From the NCBI GenBank assembly GCA_031366855.1, contig JANLPA010000021.1:5814-69813 (forward strand): a stretch of DNA of 64,000 bases, in the 5' to 3' direction. The notes beneath the pieces were generated by a model. That model ran no database searches, had not been told where the DNA came from, and worked only from the letters and a program-made list of their open reading frames with translations. Positions 40,594 through 50,182 of this stretch are shown in pieces. The translations under genes were made by a program, and so were the position numbers. This DNA comes from Hyphomicrobiales bacterium. GTDB lineage: Bacteria > Pseudomonadota > Alphaproteobacteria > Rhizobiales > Aestuariivirgaceae. Every line of letters starts with the position of its first letter. The first letter of the stretch is position 1.

Positions 40594-41126
40594 TGGATGT
40601 GACGCAAAATCGTGCCGCGCAGAAATGGACTAGGCAAGAAAAAATGGGCCGCGTACTTTGGGCTATGGCGCGGCCTGTGTTTCGATTGACCCCGCGTCCG
40701 TTGTGGATTTTACGGGTTTGGCTGCTGAGATTATTTGGTGCCAAAATTGGCAGCGAAGTTCACATTTATCCCACGGTGCGCATCACTATCCCTTGGAATT
40801 TAAACATTGGTGAGCAGGTAGCAATTGGTGAGCACGCAATTCTTTACGCGTTGGGCCCAATTACCATTGGTCCACGCACGGTTATTTCACAATATAGTCA
40901 CCTCTGCGCTGGCACCCATGATTATCGTGATCCGGCATTTCCACTTTTAAAAACACCAATCGAAATTGGCGCTGACGTGTGGGTGTGTGCGCAAAGTTTT
41001 ATTGGACCCGGGGTAGTGATTGGTGACAGTTCAATTATTGGGGCCTGTTCCGTGGTGATGAAAAATGTGGGCCCACGCTTGGTGGGGCACGGCAATCCGT
41101 TTCAAACTCTCAAATCTCGCGATTGA
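40590..41126 (+). CDS. wcaF: WcaF-like hexapeptide-repeat O-acetyltransferase
   Basis: LLRLFGAKIG, PWNLNIG, ISQYSHLCAGTHDY. Confidence 0.85.
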   Translation: MMDVTQNRAAQKWTRQEKMGRVLWAMARPVFRLTPRPLWILRVWLLRLFGAKIGSEVHIYPTVRITIPWNLNIGEQVAIGEHAILYALGPITIGPRTVISQYSHLCAGTHDYRDPAFPLLKTPIEIGADVWVCAQSFIGPGVVIGDSSIIGACSVVMKNVGPRLVGHGNPFQTLKSRD

Positions 41127-41129
41127 GCA

Positions 41130-41753
41130 CTAGGCCACTTTCAATCCGCGCAACAGAATTTCAACCACTGAAGCTTTTATGGCGGCGGGCTTTTCAGCGG
41201 GCTTCAGCAAGACTTCAACTTGCACTGAAAAATCAGCATAATGTTGCGTGATTGCCCATATTGCGAAAATGAAATGTCTGGGATCAATGGGTCTGATTTT
41301 GTTTTCAGCAATCCATTGGCGCAGCACAGCGCTTTTTGCTTCAACCAAATCTTTCAACGGGCCTTTGAGATAATTTGCAACATGAGGCGCCCCGTGCAGA
41401 ATTTCATTGGCAAATAGTTTTGAAGCGGCTGGATTGGCGAAGGACATATCAAGTTTGGTTTCAATATAGCGCGTGAGTTCAGCGATGGGATCATTGTTCA
41501 CATCAAGCATACGTAAAGGAGCCAGCCATTGCGTTAAGGTTTGTTCCAATACCGCGACATAGAGGTCTTCCTTGCGCCTAAAATAATAAAGCAAGTTCGG
41601 TTTTGAAAGACCGCATTTCACGGCAATCTGATCCACGGTGGCCCCGCGAAAGCCATAGGTTGAAAACACGTCCAGTGCGGCCTTCAGGATCAAATCCTGA
41701 TTTTCACTCTGGATGCGCGTTTTAGCAGCAGGTTTTGCCTTGGTTTTAATCAT
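41130..41753 (-). CDS. rutR: TetR-family pyrimidine regulator (RutR/PydR-like)
   Basis: ILKAALDVFS.YGF.GATVDQIA, SKPNLLYYF, LFANEILHGAP, IWAITQHYADF. Confidence 0.9.
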   Translation of the reverse strand: MIKTKAKPAAKTRIQSENQDLILKAALDVFSTYGFRGATVDQIAVKCGLSKPNLLYYFRRKEDLYVAVLEQTLTQWLAPLRMLDVNNDPIAELTRYIETKLDMSFANPAASKLFANEILHGAPHVANYLKGPLKDLVEAKSAVLRQWIAENKIRPIDPRHFIFAIWAITQHYADFSVQVEVLLKPAEKPAAIKASVVEILLRGLKVA

Positions 41754-41769
41754 CGCCCTGTGTGTTCAT

Positions 41770-41789
41770 TCTTGATCAAATGGTCAAGA
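41770..41789. promoter_or_regulatory. RutR box
   Basis: TC-TTGATCAAATGGTCAA-GA: one mismatch to TTGACCAnnTGGTCAA, in the 77-bp divergent gap. Confidence 0.85.
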
Positions 41790-41830
41790 CGCGTTAGCGT
41801 TATGCCTAATAACAAGAATGTCGGGAGTTT

Positions 41831-42610
41831 TTGGTGGAGTCAAACGTTATAGAAGCGAAAGATTTGGGACTCACGTTTCAGACAGCGGATGGGCCAGTTT
41901 TTGCTTTGTCAAAAGTTGATCTCACCGTGGAGGAGGGGGAGTTTGTGTCCTTCATCGGACCGTCAGGTTGTGGCAAGACCACATTGCTTCGGGCCATTGC
42001 TAATTTGGAACAGGCCACGGAAGGCACACTCACCGTAAATGGCATGACACCAGAGAACGCGCGGCTTGCCCGCAGTTATGGTTATGTGTTTCAAGCACCA
42101 GCCCTTTATCCATGGCGTACAGTTGAGCGCAATGTGGGCTTGCCTTTGGAAATTATGGGGCTTGATGATGTTGCGGGCCGGGTGCAACGCAACCTTGATT
42201 TAGTCAATCTCAATGGATTTGAGAATAAATTTCCGTGGCAGCTTTCGGGTGGAATGCAGCAGCGGGTTTCGATTGCGCGGGCTTTGGCGTTTGATCCAAA
42301 ACTTTTATTGATGGATGAGCCCTTTGGGGCGCTTGATGAAATTGTGCGCGATAAACTTAATCAGCAGCTTTTAGAGTTGTGGGATCGCACAAAAAAGACT
42401 GTTGTGTTTGTCACGCATTCAATTCCAGAAGCGGTTTTTCTCTCCACCAAAATTGTGGTGATGAGTCCACGCCCCGGGCGCATTATAGATGTGATAGAAA
42501 CTAAATTTCTGCGTCAACGCAATTTGGATATTCGCGAGACACAAGCGTTTTTGAAAATTGCACAGCGTGTGCGCGAGGGCCTTAAGGCCGGGCACTCTTA
42601 TGAGGACTAA
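41831..42610 (+). CDS. ABC transporter ATP-binding protein (NitT/TauT type, pyrimidine-related)
   Basis: [26 protein letters not shown]. Confidence 0.92.
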   Translation: MVESNVIEAKDLGLTFQTADGPVFALSKVDLTVEEGEFVSFIGPSGCGKTTLLRAIANLEQATEGTLTVNGMTPENARLARSYGYVFQAPALYPWRTVERNVGLPLEIMGLDDVAGRVQRNLDLVNLNGFENKFPWQLSGGMQQRVSIARALAFDPKLLLMDEPFGALDEIVRDKLNQQLLELWDRTKKTVVFVTHSIPEAVFLSTKIVVMSPRPGRIIDVIETKFLRQRNLDIRETQAFLKIAQRVREGLKAGHSYED

Positions 42611-43063
42611 ATGAGTACAGAGCTTAAAATTCGCGCTGCGCGCAGCCAAGATGTGGCCGTTTGTTCGGCAATCCTCAATCGTTGGATTGATGAGACCGAG
42701 TGGATGCCGCGTGTGCATAGCGAAAAGCAAGTTGTCGATTTTTACAACAATGTTGTTTTCCAGAGCCACAAATTATTTGTGGCCGAGACGGCGGGCAAAA
42801 TTGGTGGCTTTATGGCGCTGGGCGATGATGGGCTGGTAAATGCTCTCTATGTGGGCGATGGATTCAGGCGGCGCGGCATTGGCGGGCATTTAATTGCGCG
42901 GGCCAAAAAAGAATTGGGTGAACAGGTTCAACTGTGGACATTCCAAGCCAACAAAGATGCGCAAAAATTTTATCTGCGCCATGGCTTTGTGGAAATTAAC
43001 CGCACCGATGGCGACAATGAAGAAGGCTTGCCAGATGTGCTGATGGAATGGCGCGAACCATGA
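42611..43063 (+). CDS. GNAT-family N-acetyltransferase
   Basis: LYV...RRRGIG acetyl-CoA motif, LWTFQAN..A.KFY.RHGF, NEEGLPD. Confidence 0.88.
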   Translation: MSTELKIRAARSQDVAVCSAILNRWIDETEWMPRVHSEKQVVDFYNNVVFQSHKLFVAETAGKIGGFMALGDDGLVNALYVGDGFRRRGIGGHLIARAKKELGEQVQLWTFQANKDAQKFYLRHGFVEINRTDGDNEEGLPDVLMEWREP

Positions 43064-43926
43064 AGCAGCGCTCAGACTTTACCCCTATTTTGGTGATCAG
43101 CTTGGCCTTGCTGCTGTTGTGGTATGTGGCAGCAATTCCTATGAATGCTGTGGTGGCGCAGTCTAAGATTGAAGCAGCAGGTGGTGGCTTGTTTAACACT
43201 CTGGCCATATCTTGGAATTTTCAGCGGCCGGTGATGCCCACACCTCACCAAATTCTCACCGAAATTTGGGACACTGTGTTTTTGGTTGCGCCGTGGAATG
43301 TTAAATCACTTTTATTTCATTGCTGGGTCACATTATCTTCAACATTGGTAGGCTTTGTGCTCGGTGTTATATTAGGTATGGGGCTGGCGATTGCCATTGT
43401 TCATTCCAAAATTTTGAACAAGGCTTTGATGCCGTGGATCATCATTTCACAAACCATTCCCATCCTCGCCATTGCGCCGATGATCATTGTAGTTCTGGGC
43501 TCGCAAGGCATCACCGGGCTTTTGCCCAAGGCACTGATTTCAATGTATTTGTGTTTCTTTCCAGTCACCATTGGCATGGTGAAGGGGTTAACCTCGCCTG
43601 ATGTTTTTTATCTTGATTTAATGCGCACTTATAATGCTAGCAAATCTGAAATTTTATGGAAGTTGCGGCTGCCCGCTGCGGTGCCATTTTTATTTACGTC
43701 GCTGAAAGTTGCCATCGCCATTGCGCTGACAGGAGCCATCGTGGGGGAACTGCCCACGGGTGCTCAAGGCGGGTTGGGTTCTCGCATGTTAGTTGGATTT
43801 AATTTCGGGCAGACCATGCAAGTTTGGGCCGCCCTTTTTGCAGGGTCCATTTTAGCGGCAGTGCTGGTATATATTGTCGGCCGCAGTGAAAAAATTGTTC
43901 TGACGAAAATGGGGAATGCTCCATGA
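43060..43926 (+). CDS. ABC transporter permease
   Basis: QTIPILAIAP, LRLPAAVP, AIVGE; ATGA overlap with the GNAT gene. Confidence 0.9.
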   Translation: MKQRSDFTPILVISLALLLLWYVAAIPMNAVVAQSKIEAAGGGLFNTLAISWNFQRPVMPTPHQILTEIWDTVFLVAPWNVKSLLFHCWVTLSSTLVGFVLGVILGMGLAIAIVHSKILNKALMPWIIISQTIPILAIAPMIIVVLGSQGITGLLPKALISMYLCFFPVTIGMVKGLTSPDVFYLDLMRTYNASKSEILWKLRLPAAVPFLFTSLKVAIAIALTGAIVGELPTGAQGGLGSRMLVGFNFGQTMQVWAALFAGSILAAVLVYIVGRSEKIVLTKMGNAP

Positions 43927-44693
43927 ACAAATATTCTTTGCGCGATTATTTCCCCGCACTGATGCTGGGCATTGCAGTGATCTTATTTTGGGAATTTGCA
44001 GTGCGGGCTTTTGCAATTTCACCCATCTTGTTGCCGCCACCATCGGCGGTGTGGACGCGGTTCGCAGCGTCTTTTCTAATTCTCGGCGAAGATTTTTATG
44101 CTACGATTATTTTGGCCATGCTGCCGGGTTGGGTGATTGGATGCGCCGCCGGATTGTTTGCTGCCATCATTTGTGATCGCTTGCCATACTTACGGCGCGG
44201 GCTTTTGCCTTTGGGCAATCTGGTTTCAGTGTTGCCGTTGGTTGGCATTGCGCCCATTATGGTGATGTGGTTTGGGCCGGGTGTGGCACCAAAAATTGCT
44301 GTCGTTGTGATCATGACATTCTTTCCAATGTTGGTGAATGCCACTGCGGGCTTGCAAGCTTCTGGACATTTGGAGCGGGATTTAATGCGCAGTTATGGTT
44401 CAAGCTGGCTGCAAACCCTTTTCAAATTGCGCTTGCCGTCGGCCATGCCCTTTATTTTTAATGCGCTCAAAATTAACTCAACTCTGGCTCTAATTGGTTC
44501 CATTGTTTCGGAATATTTTGGAACCTTGGTGGTTGGCATGGGGTTTCGCATTCAAACAGGGTCAGGCAGTCAATCGCTTGATTTAGTGTGGGCTGAAATT
44601 GTGGTGGCTGCCATCACAGGCTCAGCGTTTTACGGGTTGCTCACGCTCCTCGAGCGGAAGGCAACTTTTTGGCATCCGTCTTACCGAAGGTAA
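43923..44693 (+). CDS. ABC transporter permease
   Basis: LLPPPS, FFPMLVN, KLRLPSAMP, IVSEYF, WHPSYR. Confidence 0.9.
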   Translation: MNKYSLRDYFPALMLGIAVILFWEFAVRAFAISPILLPPPSAVWTRFAASFLILGEDFYATIILAMLPGWVIGCAAGLFAAIICDRLPYLRRGLLPLGNLVSVLPLVGIAPIMVMWFGPGVAPKIAVVVIMTFFPMLVNATAGLQASGHLERDLMRSYGSSWLQTLFKLRLPSAMPFIFNALKINSTLALIGSIVSEYFGTLVVGMGFRIQTGSGSQSLDLVWAEIVVAAITGSAFYGLLTLLERKATFWHPSYRR

Positions 44694-44720
44694 TGCGGCA
44701 ATTTTAACAGGAGGACTAAA

Positions 44721-45713
44721 ATGAAGAAGTATCTACTGGCCGCAGCTGCGGCAACTGCCATGGTTATGGCTTCTACAGGTGCGTTTGCTGAATCCGTGAA
44801 ATTGCAATTGAAGTGGGTGACACAAGCCCAATTCGCTGGGTATTATGTGGCTCAAGCCAAGGGTTACTACAAAGATGCTGGCCTTGATGTGACCATCATG
44901 CCCGGCGGTCCAGATATTAACCCACAGCAAGTTCTGGCTGGCGGTGGTGCTGATGTTGTTGTGGATTGGATGCCTTCAGCTTTGGCCACGCGCGAAAAAG
45001 GTTCGCCAGTTGTAAACATTGCGCAGCCCTTCAAAAAATCAGGCATGATGCTCACCTGCCGCAAAGATTCCGGCATTGTGACGCCGGCTGATTTCAAAGG
45101 TAAAACTTTGGGCGTGTGGTTCTATGGTAATGAATATCCATTCCTGTCTTGGATGAGCCAGCTTGGCTTGCCAACAACAGGTGGTGCTGATGGTGTGACT
45201 GTGTTGAAGCAAGGCTTTAACGTTGATCCAATCTTACAAAAGCAAGCCGCGTGCATTTCCACCATGACCTATAATGAATATTACCAAATTATCGAAGCTG
45301 GCATGAAGCCAGAAGAATTGGTGGTGTTTAAATATGAAGACAATGGTGTGGCCACTTTGGAAGACGGTTTATATGTGCTCGAGGGCAAATTGGCTGATCC
45401 TGCGTTTGTCTCCACTATGGCGAAGTTTGTGAAAGCTTCGATGAAGGGTTGGGATGATGCGCGGGCTAATCCTGCTGATGCTGTGAAAGCGGTTCTTGAA
45501 AATGATGCATCAGGTGCTCAGACTGAAGCGCACCAAGCAACCATGATCAAGGAAATCAACGCGCTCACCGAAGGTTCGGATGGCACACTTGATGTGGCTG
45601 CTGCTGAACGCACAGTTGCAACATTGATGAAGGGTGGTTCTGATCCCGTCATCACCAAGGCTCCAGTTGGTGCTTGGACTGATGTGGTGACGAAAGCTGC
45701 CGCAGGAATGTAA
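44721..45713 (+). CDS. ABC transporter substrate-binding protein (NMT1/THI5-like)
   Basis: Signal peptide; LQLKWVTQAQFAGYYVA; GVWFYGNEYP. Confidence 0.9.
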   Translation: MKKYLLAAAAATAMVMASTGAFAESVKLQLKWVTQAQFAGYYVAQAKGYYKDAGLDVTIMPGGPDINPQQVLAGGGADVVVDWMPSALATREKGSPVVNIAQPFKKSGMMLTCRKDSGIVTPADFKGKTLGVWFYGNEYPFLSWMSQLGLPTTGGADGVTVLKQGFNVDPILQKQAACISTMTYNEYYQIIEAGMKPEELVVFKYEDNGVATLEDGLYVLEGKLADPAFVSTMAKFVKASMKGWDDARANPADAVKAVLENDASGAQTEAHQATMIKEINALTEGSDGTLDVAAAERTVATLMKGGSDPVITKAPVGAWTDVVTKAAAGM

Positions 45714-45718
45714 GAGTT

Positions 45719-45745
45719 AGGGGCGGCGCAAGTCGCCCCTTTTTT
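45719..45745 (+). terminator. Rho-independent terminator
   Basis: AGGGGCGGC-GCAA-GTCGCCCCT-TTTTT. Confidence 0.85.
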
Positions 45746-45766
45746 AATCTGTATACGGAGGATAAA

Positions 45767-47212
45767 ATGTCCACAGTCATTCGCGGCGGCACAGTTGTTA
45801 ATCATGATCATTCGGTTAGAGCCGATGTTTTGATTGATGAGGGAAAAATTATTGCCATTGGACAAAACCTTTCCGGCGATAATATTGTTGATGCTGGCGG
45901 ATGTTTTGTGATGCCGGGTGGCATTGATCCGCACACCCATATGGACATGCCTTTTATGGGCACCACGACGGCAGATGATTTTGAATCCGGCACCATGGCG
46001 GCCCTTGCTGGCGGCACGACGATGACCGTGGATTTCTGTTTGCCAGCACCGGGTGAATCGATGCTCAAAGCCTATCAGGCGTGGCGGCACAAATCAGAAA
46101 AGGCGGCGGCGGATTATTCGTTCCACATGGCGGTTACGCAATGGTCGCCGATGATCCATGATGAAATGGAAACCGTTGTTAAAACTTATGGCATCAACAC
46201 GTTCAAACATTTCATGGCCTATAAGGGTGCGCTGATGGTGAATGATGATGAGATGTATAATTCATTCAAGCGCTGTGCCGAGCTTGGCGCATTGCCCTTG
46301 GTTCATGCTGAAAATGGTGATGTGGTGGCCCGCATGCAGGCTGATCTTTTGGCGCGTGGTGTAACGGGGCCTGAAGGCCATTCCTATTCGCGGCCACCGG
46401 AAGTGGAAGGTGAAGCTGCAAATAGAGCTATTATGATTGCCGATATGGCAGGGGTTCCGCTTTATATTGTTCATACATCATGTGAGCAAACCCATGAAGC
46501 TATTCGCCGTGCACGGCAGGCGGGCAAGCGGGTTTATGGGGAGCCGCTTATCCAGCATTTAATGCTCGACGATTCTGAATATCAAAACAAAGATTGGGAT
46601 CATGCCGCAGCCCGCGTGATGAGCCCGCCATTTCGCAATAAGCTGCATCAGGATTCATTGTGGGCTGGTTTGCAGTCAGGCTCGCTCTCGGTGGTGGCCA
46701 CCGACCATGCTACCTTCACGCTGGCGCAAAAGCGCATGGGCGCTAAAAACTTCACGCAGATTCCAAATGGCACTGGCGGGTTAGAAGACCGTTTGCCAGT
46801 GTTGTGGACTGCTGGCGTGAACACTGGTCGTTTGACGAAGGAAGAATTTGTCGCCGTCACCTCCACTAACATTGCGCGCATACTGAATATGTATCCGCGC
46901 AAAGGTGCCGTGATGGTGGGTAGCGATGCTGATCTCGTGGTGTGGGACCCCACAGCCACCAAGAAGATCAGTGCCGCCAAACAAATCAGCCGCATTGATT
47001 ATAATGTGTTTGAAGGCTTTGAATGCAAGGGCGCACCCAAGACTGTTATCTCCCGCGGCAAGGTAGCGTGGGAGCAAGGCGACATGCGCGCCAAGGCGGG
47101 GGATGGGGATTTTGTTCCACGCAAACCCAATGCGCCCGTCAATCAGGCCAATGCGATTTGGAAAGGTGTGACCCAGCCGAAGGGTGTGAAGCGGATGGTA
47201 GTTACGCCGTGA
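45767..47212 (+). CDS. hydA: Dihydropyrimidinase (D-hydantoinase)
   Basis: PGGIDPHTH, FKHFMAYK, VHAENG, VMSPP, ATDH, IPNGTGG. Confidence 0.95.
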   Translation: MSTVIRGGTVVNHDHSVRADVLIDEGKIIAIGQNLSGDNIVDAGGCFVMPGGIDPHTHMDMPFMGTTTADDFESGTMAALAGGTTMTVDFCLPAPGESMLKAYQAWRHKSEKAAADYSFHMAVTQWSPMIHDEMETVVKTYGINTFKHFMAYKGALMVNDDEMYNSFKRCAELGALPLVHAENGDVVARMQADLLARGVTGPEGHSYSRPPEVEGEAANRAIMIADMAGVPLYIVHTSCEQTHEAIRRARQAGKRVYGEPLIQHLMLDDSEYQNKDWDHAAARVMSPPFRNKLHQDSLWAGLQSGSLSVVATDHATFTLAQKRMGAKNFTQIPNGTGGLEDRLPVLWTAGVNTGRLTKEEFVAVTSTNIARILNMYPRKGAVMVGSDADLVVWDPTATKKISAAKQISRIDYNVFEGFECKGAPKTVISRGKVAWEQGDMRAKAGDGDFVPRKPNAPVNQANAIWKGVTQPKGVKRMVVTP

Positions 47213-47223
47213 TGCAGAATGAA

Positions 47224-47327
47224 CTCCCTCACCCAGAGGTGCCCGCGCCTTCGCGGGCCTCGAAGGGTTGGTTGATGTGGTAAGGATGCTTCGAGGCTCG
47301 CAAAGGGCTCGCACCTCAGCATGAGGG
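47224..47327. repeat. Composite palindromic REP/RIME-like element, copy 2
   Basis: CCCTCACCCAGAGGTGC...GCCTCGAAGGGT, spacer, GATGCTTCGAGGCTC...GCACCTCAGCATGAGGG; outer arms complementary. Confidence 0.8.
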
Positions 47328-47351
47328 TAGTTTGGGATTGGAAATGAAAAG

Positions 47352-47651
47352 ATGATACGTCATGTTGTGCTTTTAAAACTCCGCAACGTAGATGAGGCCC
47401 CTCAAATCTTCATCGCGCTCAAAGCATTACAAACCCAAATCCCGGGCATTATCTCCGTCACAACTGGAGTTGATTGCAGCCCCGAAGGGTTGCAGCGTGG
47501 GTTCACTCATGGCTTCACGGTTGACTTTGTTGACGCGGCGGCGCGGGATGCATATTTGCCGCATCCGGCGCATCAAAAAGTGGGGGCGATGATTGTGGCG
47601 GCCACCACTGGTGGCGTTGATGGCGTTTTAGTTTTGGATTGGGAGATTTAA
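47352..47651 (+). CDS. Dabb (stress-responsive A/B barrel) family protein
   Basis: MIRHVVLLK, IPGI, GFTHGF.VDF, YLPHPAH. Confidence 0.88.
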   Translation: MIRHVVLLKLRNVDEAPQIFIALKALQTQIPGIISVTTGVDCSPEGLQRGFTHGFTVDFVDAAARDAYLPHPAHQKVGAMIVAATTGGVDGVLVLDWEI

Positions 47652-47652
47652 G

Positions 47653-47853
47653 GTGTTCAAAGACATTCAAACCAATCCGTTTTACAAACCCCTATGGCGG
47701 CGGGTTGTTATTGTTGCCACTACCACGATTTGGTTTGGGCTTGAACTTTGGGCAAAGGATGGGTTGTGGACGCCTGTTGCAGCTGCTTTCTGTGGGTTTT
47801 CTGTGTGGGCGTTTCTGGTTAAGTATCCAAAAAATCCACCAATCGATAATTGA
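47653..47853 (+). CDS. Small two-TM membrane protein (DUF3329-like)
   Basis: PFYKPLWRR followed by two hydrophobic helices. Confidence 0.7.
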   Translation: MFKDIQTNPFYKPLWRRVVIVATTTIWFGLELWAKDGLWTPVAAAFCGFSVWAFLVKYPKNPPIDN

Positions 47854-47864
47854 GAGGATTTAAA

Positions 47865-48932
47865 ATGGAATATCGTCAACTCGGCAGATCTGGACTTAAA
47901 GTTTCGTTGCACACATTGGGCACGATGAACTTTTCAGGTGAAGGGTTTTTCGGCATGGCGGGGAGTCTCTCGCTCAAAGATTCGCAGCGGCTGGTGGATA
48001 TTGCCATTGATGCTGGTGTGAATTTGTTCGACACGTCGAATGCTTATACGTCTGGAAAATCTGAAGAAGCCTTGGGCCAAGTGCTCAAAGGCAAATCTGA
48101 TCAAATGATGATAGGCACCAAAGTGCGCTTTGGCATGGGCACGGGGCCTAATGAGCAGGGGCTTTCGCGCTACCATATTATCCACGAAGCCGAAGCCAGC
48201 TTAAAACGGTTGGGCCGCGATCATATCGATATTTATTATTTGCATGAATGGGATGGGCTGACGCCCGTTGATGAAACCATGGAAGCGCTGAACAGTTTGG
48301 TGAAGCAGGGCAAGGTGCGCTACATTGGTTGCTCTAATTTTTCCGGCTGGCATATTATGAAATGCATGATGGCGGCCGATAAACACAATTTTGAAAAATT
48401 CGTTGTGCAGCAAATTCATTACACCATTGAAGCGCGCGATGCAGAATATGAGTTGATGCCGATTGCTGTTGATCAAGGGGTTGGCATTCAAGTGTGGAGC
48501 CCGATTGCGGGTGGGCTGCTATCAGGCAAATTCCGCCGCGATTCTTCACCAGAGGTTTCACGCCATCTTTCTGGCTGGAGCGAGCCTCCCATTCGTGATC
48601 AAGAGCGGCTGTATAAAATTATAGATGCGCTGGTTGCTGTCGGTGAAGGGCGCGGCGTTTCGGCAGCGCAAGTTGCGCTTTCGTGGTTGGCTGGCAGGCC
48701 GGGTGTGGCTTCCATTATTGTGGGTGCCCGCAATGAGGCGCAGCTGAAAGATAATCTGGCTTCAGCTTCATTGGTGTTGACTGCCGATGAGCGCAAGAAA
48801 TTAGACGACGTGAGTTTGCAGCCGCTCATCTATCCGTATTGGCATCAATGCAATTCTGCCGCTGAACGCTTGGGCCCAGCTGATCTTTCATTGCACGCGC
48901 CGCATTTGGCTACGCGCGAACCCCGGATGTAA
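47865..48932 (+). CDS. Aldo/keto reductase
   Basis: YRQLGRSGLKVS, FDTSNAY, SLKRLG.DHIDIYYLH, WSPIAGG. Confidence 0.92.
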   Translation: MEYRQLGRSGLKVSLHTLGTMNFSGEGFFGMAGSLSLKDSQRLVDIAIDAGVNLFDTSNAYTSGKSEEALGQVLKGKSDQMMIGTKVRFGMGTGPNEQGLSRYHIIHEAEASLKRLGRDHIDIYYLHEWDGLTPVDETMEALNSLVKQGKVRYIGCSNFSGWHIMKCMMAADKHNFEKFVVQQIHYTIEARDAEYELMPIAVDQGVGIQVWSPIAGGLLSGKFRRDSSPEVSRHLSGWSEPPIRDQERLYKIIDALVAVGEGRGVSAAQVALSWLAGRPGVASIIVGARNEAQLKDNLASASLVLTADERKKLDDVSLQPLIYPYWHQCNSAAERLGPADLSLHAPHLATREPRM

Positions 48933-48937
48933 ATAGC

Positions 48938-50182
48938 ATGACCTCAAAAACCAATCTCACCATCAATCCGCAACGCCTGTGGGATGATCTTATGGCGACT
49001 GCTCAATTTGGGGGAACGTCGAAGGGTGGCATTAAGCGGTTGACGGTTTCTGATGAAGATAAGCGCGTGCGTGATTGGTTTAAGCTTGAGTGCGAAAAAC
49101 TGGGCTGTGACGTTCAGGTGGATGAAGTGGGCAACATGTTTGCAACGCGTGCTGGCAAGCGCAAAGATGTGTTGCCGATTGCTATGGGCTCTCATCTCGA
49201 TACGCAGCCCACAGGTGGAAAATTTGATGGTGTGCTTGGAGTTCTCGGCGCGCTCGAAGCTTTGCGTACAATGGTGCAAATGGATTACCAATCCAATGCA
49301 CCCATTATGATTGTGAATTGGACCAATGAAGAAGGCTCGCGCTTTTCGCCTGCCATGTTGTGCTCGGGTGTTTATGCAGGTGTGTTCACGCCAGAGTTTG
49401 CTTATTCGCGCGAAGACCGTGCTGGTGTGAAGCTTGGCGATGAACTTGTTCGTATTGGCTATAAGGGCGAACATAAGGCGGGTGCGGTTAAATTTAGCTC
49501 GATGTTTGAATTGCATATTGAGCAGGGGCCGATTTTAGAGGCCGAAGAGAAGATGATTGGCGTGGTCACTGGCGTTCAAGGCATGCGTTGGTATGAGGTT
49601 ACGGTCACTGGCCAAGAGAGCCACACGGGAGCCACACCTATGGGACTGCGCAAGAATGCGTTGTTGGCATCGGCGCGGATGATTGATGCGATTGACGCTG
49701 TAGGCATGTCGCATCTTCCCGGTGTTGCGTCAGTCGGCCTAATTGAGAACATGCCGAACAGCCGCAATGTGGTGCCGGGCGAAGTGTTTTTCACGGTTGA
49801 TCTGCGTCATCCTGATGAAAAAATTCTCGATCAGATGGAAGCTGCGATGCGCGAGGCGCTGCCTAAAATTGCGGGTGAGGCCAAAGTTACATTTGAAGAG
49901 AAATGTATTTGGAAATCACCTGCTGTGAAGTTTGCACCGGAACTTATTGAGTGTGTGCGGGCGGGCACGGCGCAGGCCGGATATAAGTCGCGCGATATGG
50001 CTTCAGGTGCGGGGCATGATGCGGCTTACATTGCACGCGTTGCGCCAACAACGATGATCTTCGTACCGTGCTTAGGCGGCATTTCACACAATGAAGCGGA
50101 ATCCACCACGTTGGAAGAATGTGGGGCGGGCGCGCAAGTGTTGCTCAACGCCGTGTTGGCGCATGATGCGCGCTTTGCATGA
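48938..50182 (+). CDS. Zn-dependent amidohydrolase (beta-ureidopropionase / N-carbamoyl-amino acid hydrolase)
   Basis: GSHLDTQP.GGKFDG, WTNEEGSRF, ELHIEQGP, SGAGHDA, ISHNEAE. Confidence 0.92.
   Translation: MTSKTNLTINPQRLWDDLMATAQFGGTSKGGIKRLTVSDEDKRVRDWFKLECEKLGCDVQVDEVGNMFATRAGKRKDVLPIAMGSHLDTQPTGGKFDGVLGVLGALEALRTMVQMDYQSNAPIMIVNWTNEEGSRFSPAMLCSGVYAGVFTPEFAYSREDRAGVKLGDELVRIGYKGEHKAGAVKFSSMFELHIEQGPILEAEEKMIGVVTGVQGMRWYEVTVTGQESHTGATPMGLRKNALLASARMIDAIDAVGMSHLPGVASVGLIENMPNSRNVVPGEVFFTVDLRHPDEKILDQMEAAMREALPKIAGEAKVTFEEKCIWKSPAVKFAPELIECVRAGTAQAGYKSRDMASGAGHDAAYIARVAPTTMIFVPCLGGISHNEAESTTLEECGAGAQVLLNAVLAHDARFA

Noticed and set aside
47224-47327. Repeat as a CRISPR array, tRNA or IS end
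   Set aside because: No repeat-spacer periodicity, no tRNA arms, and no cas or transposase gene.
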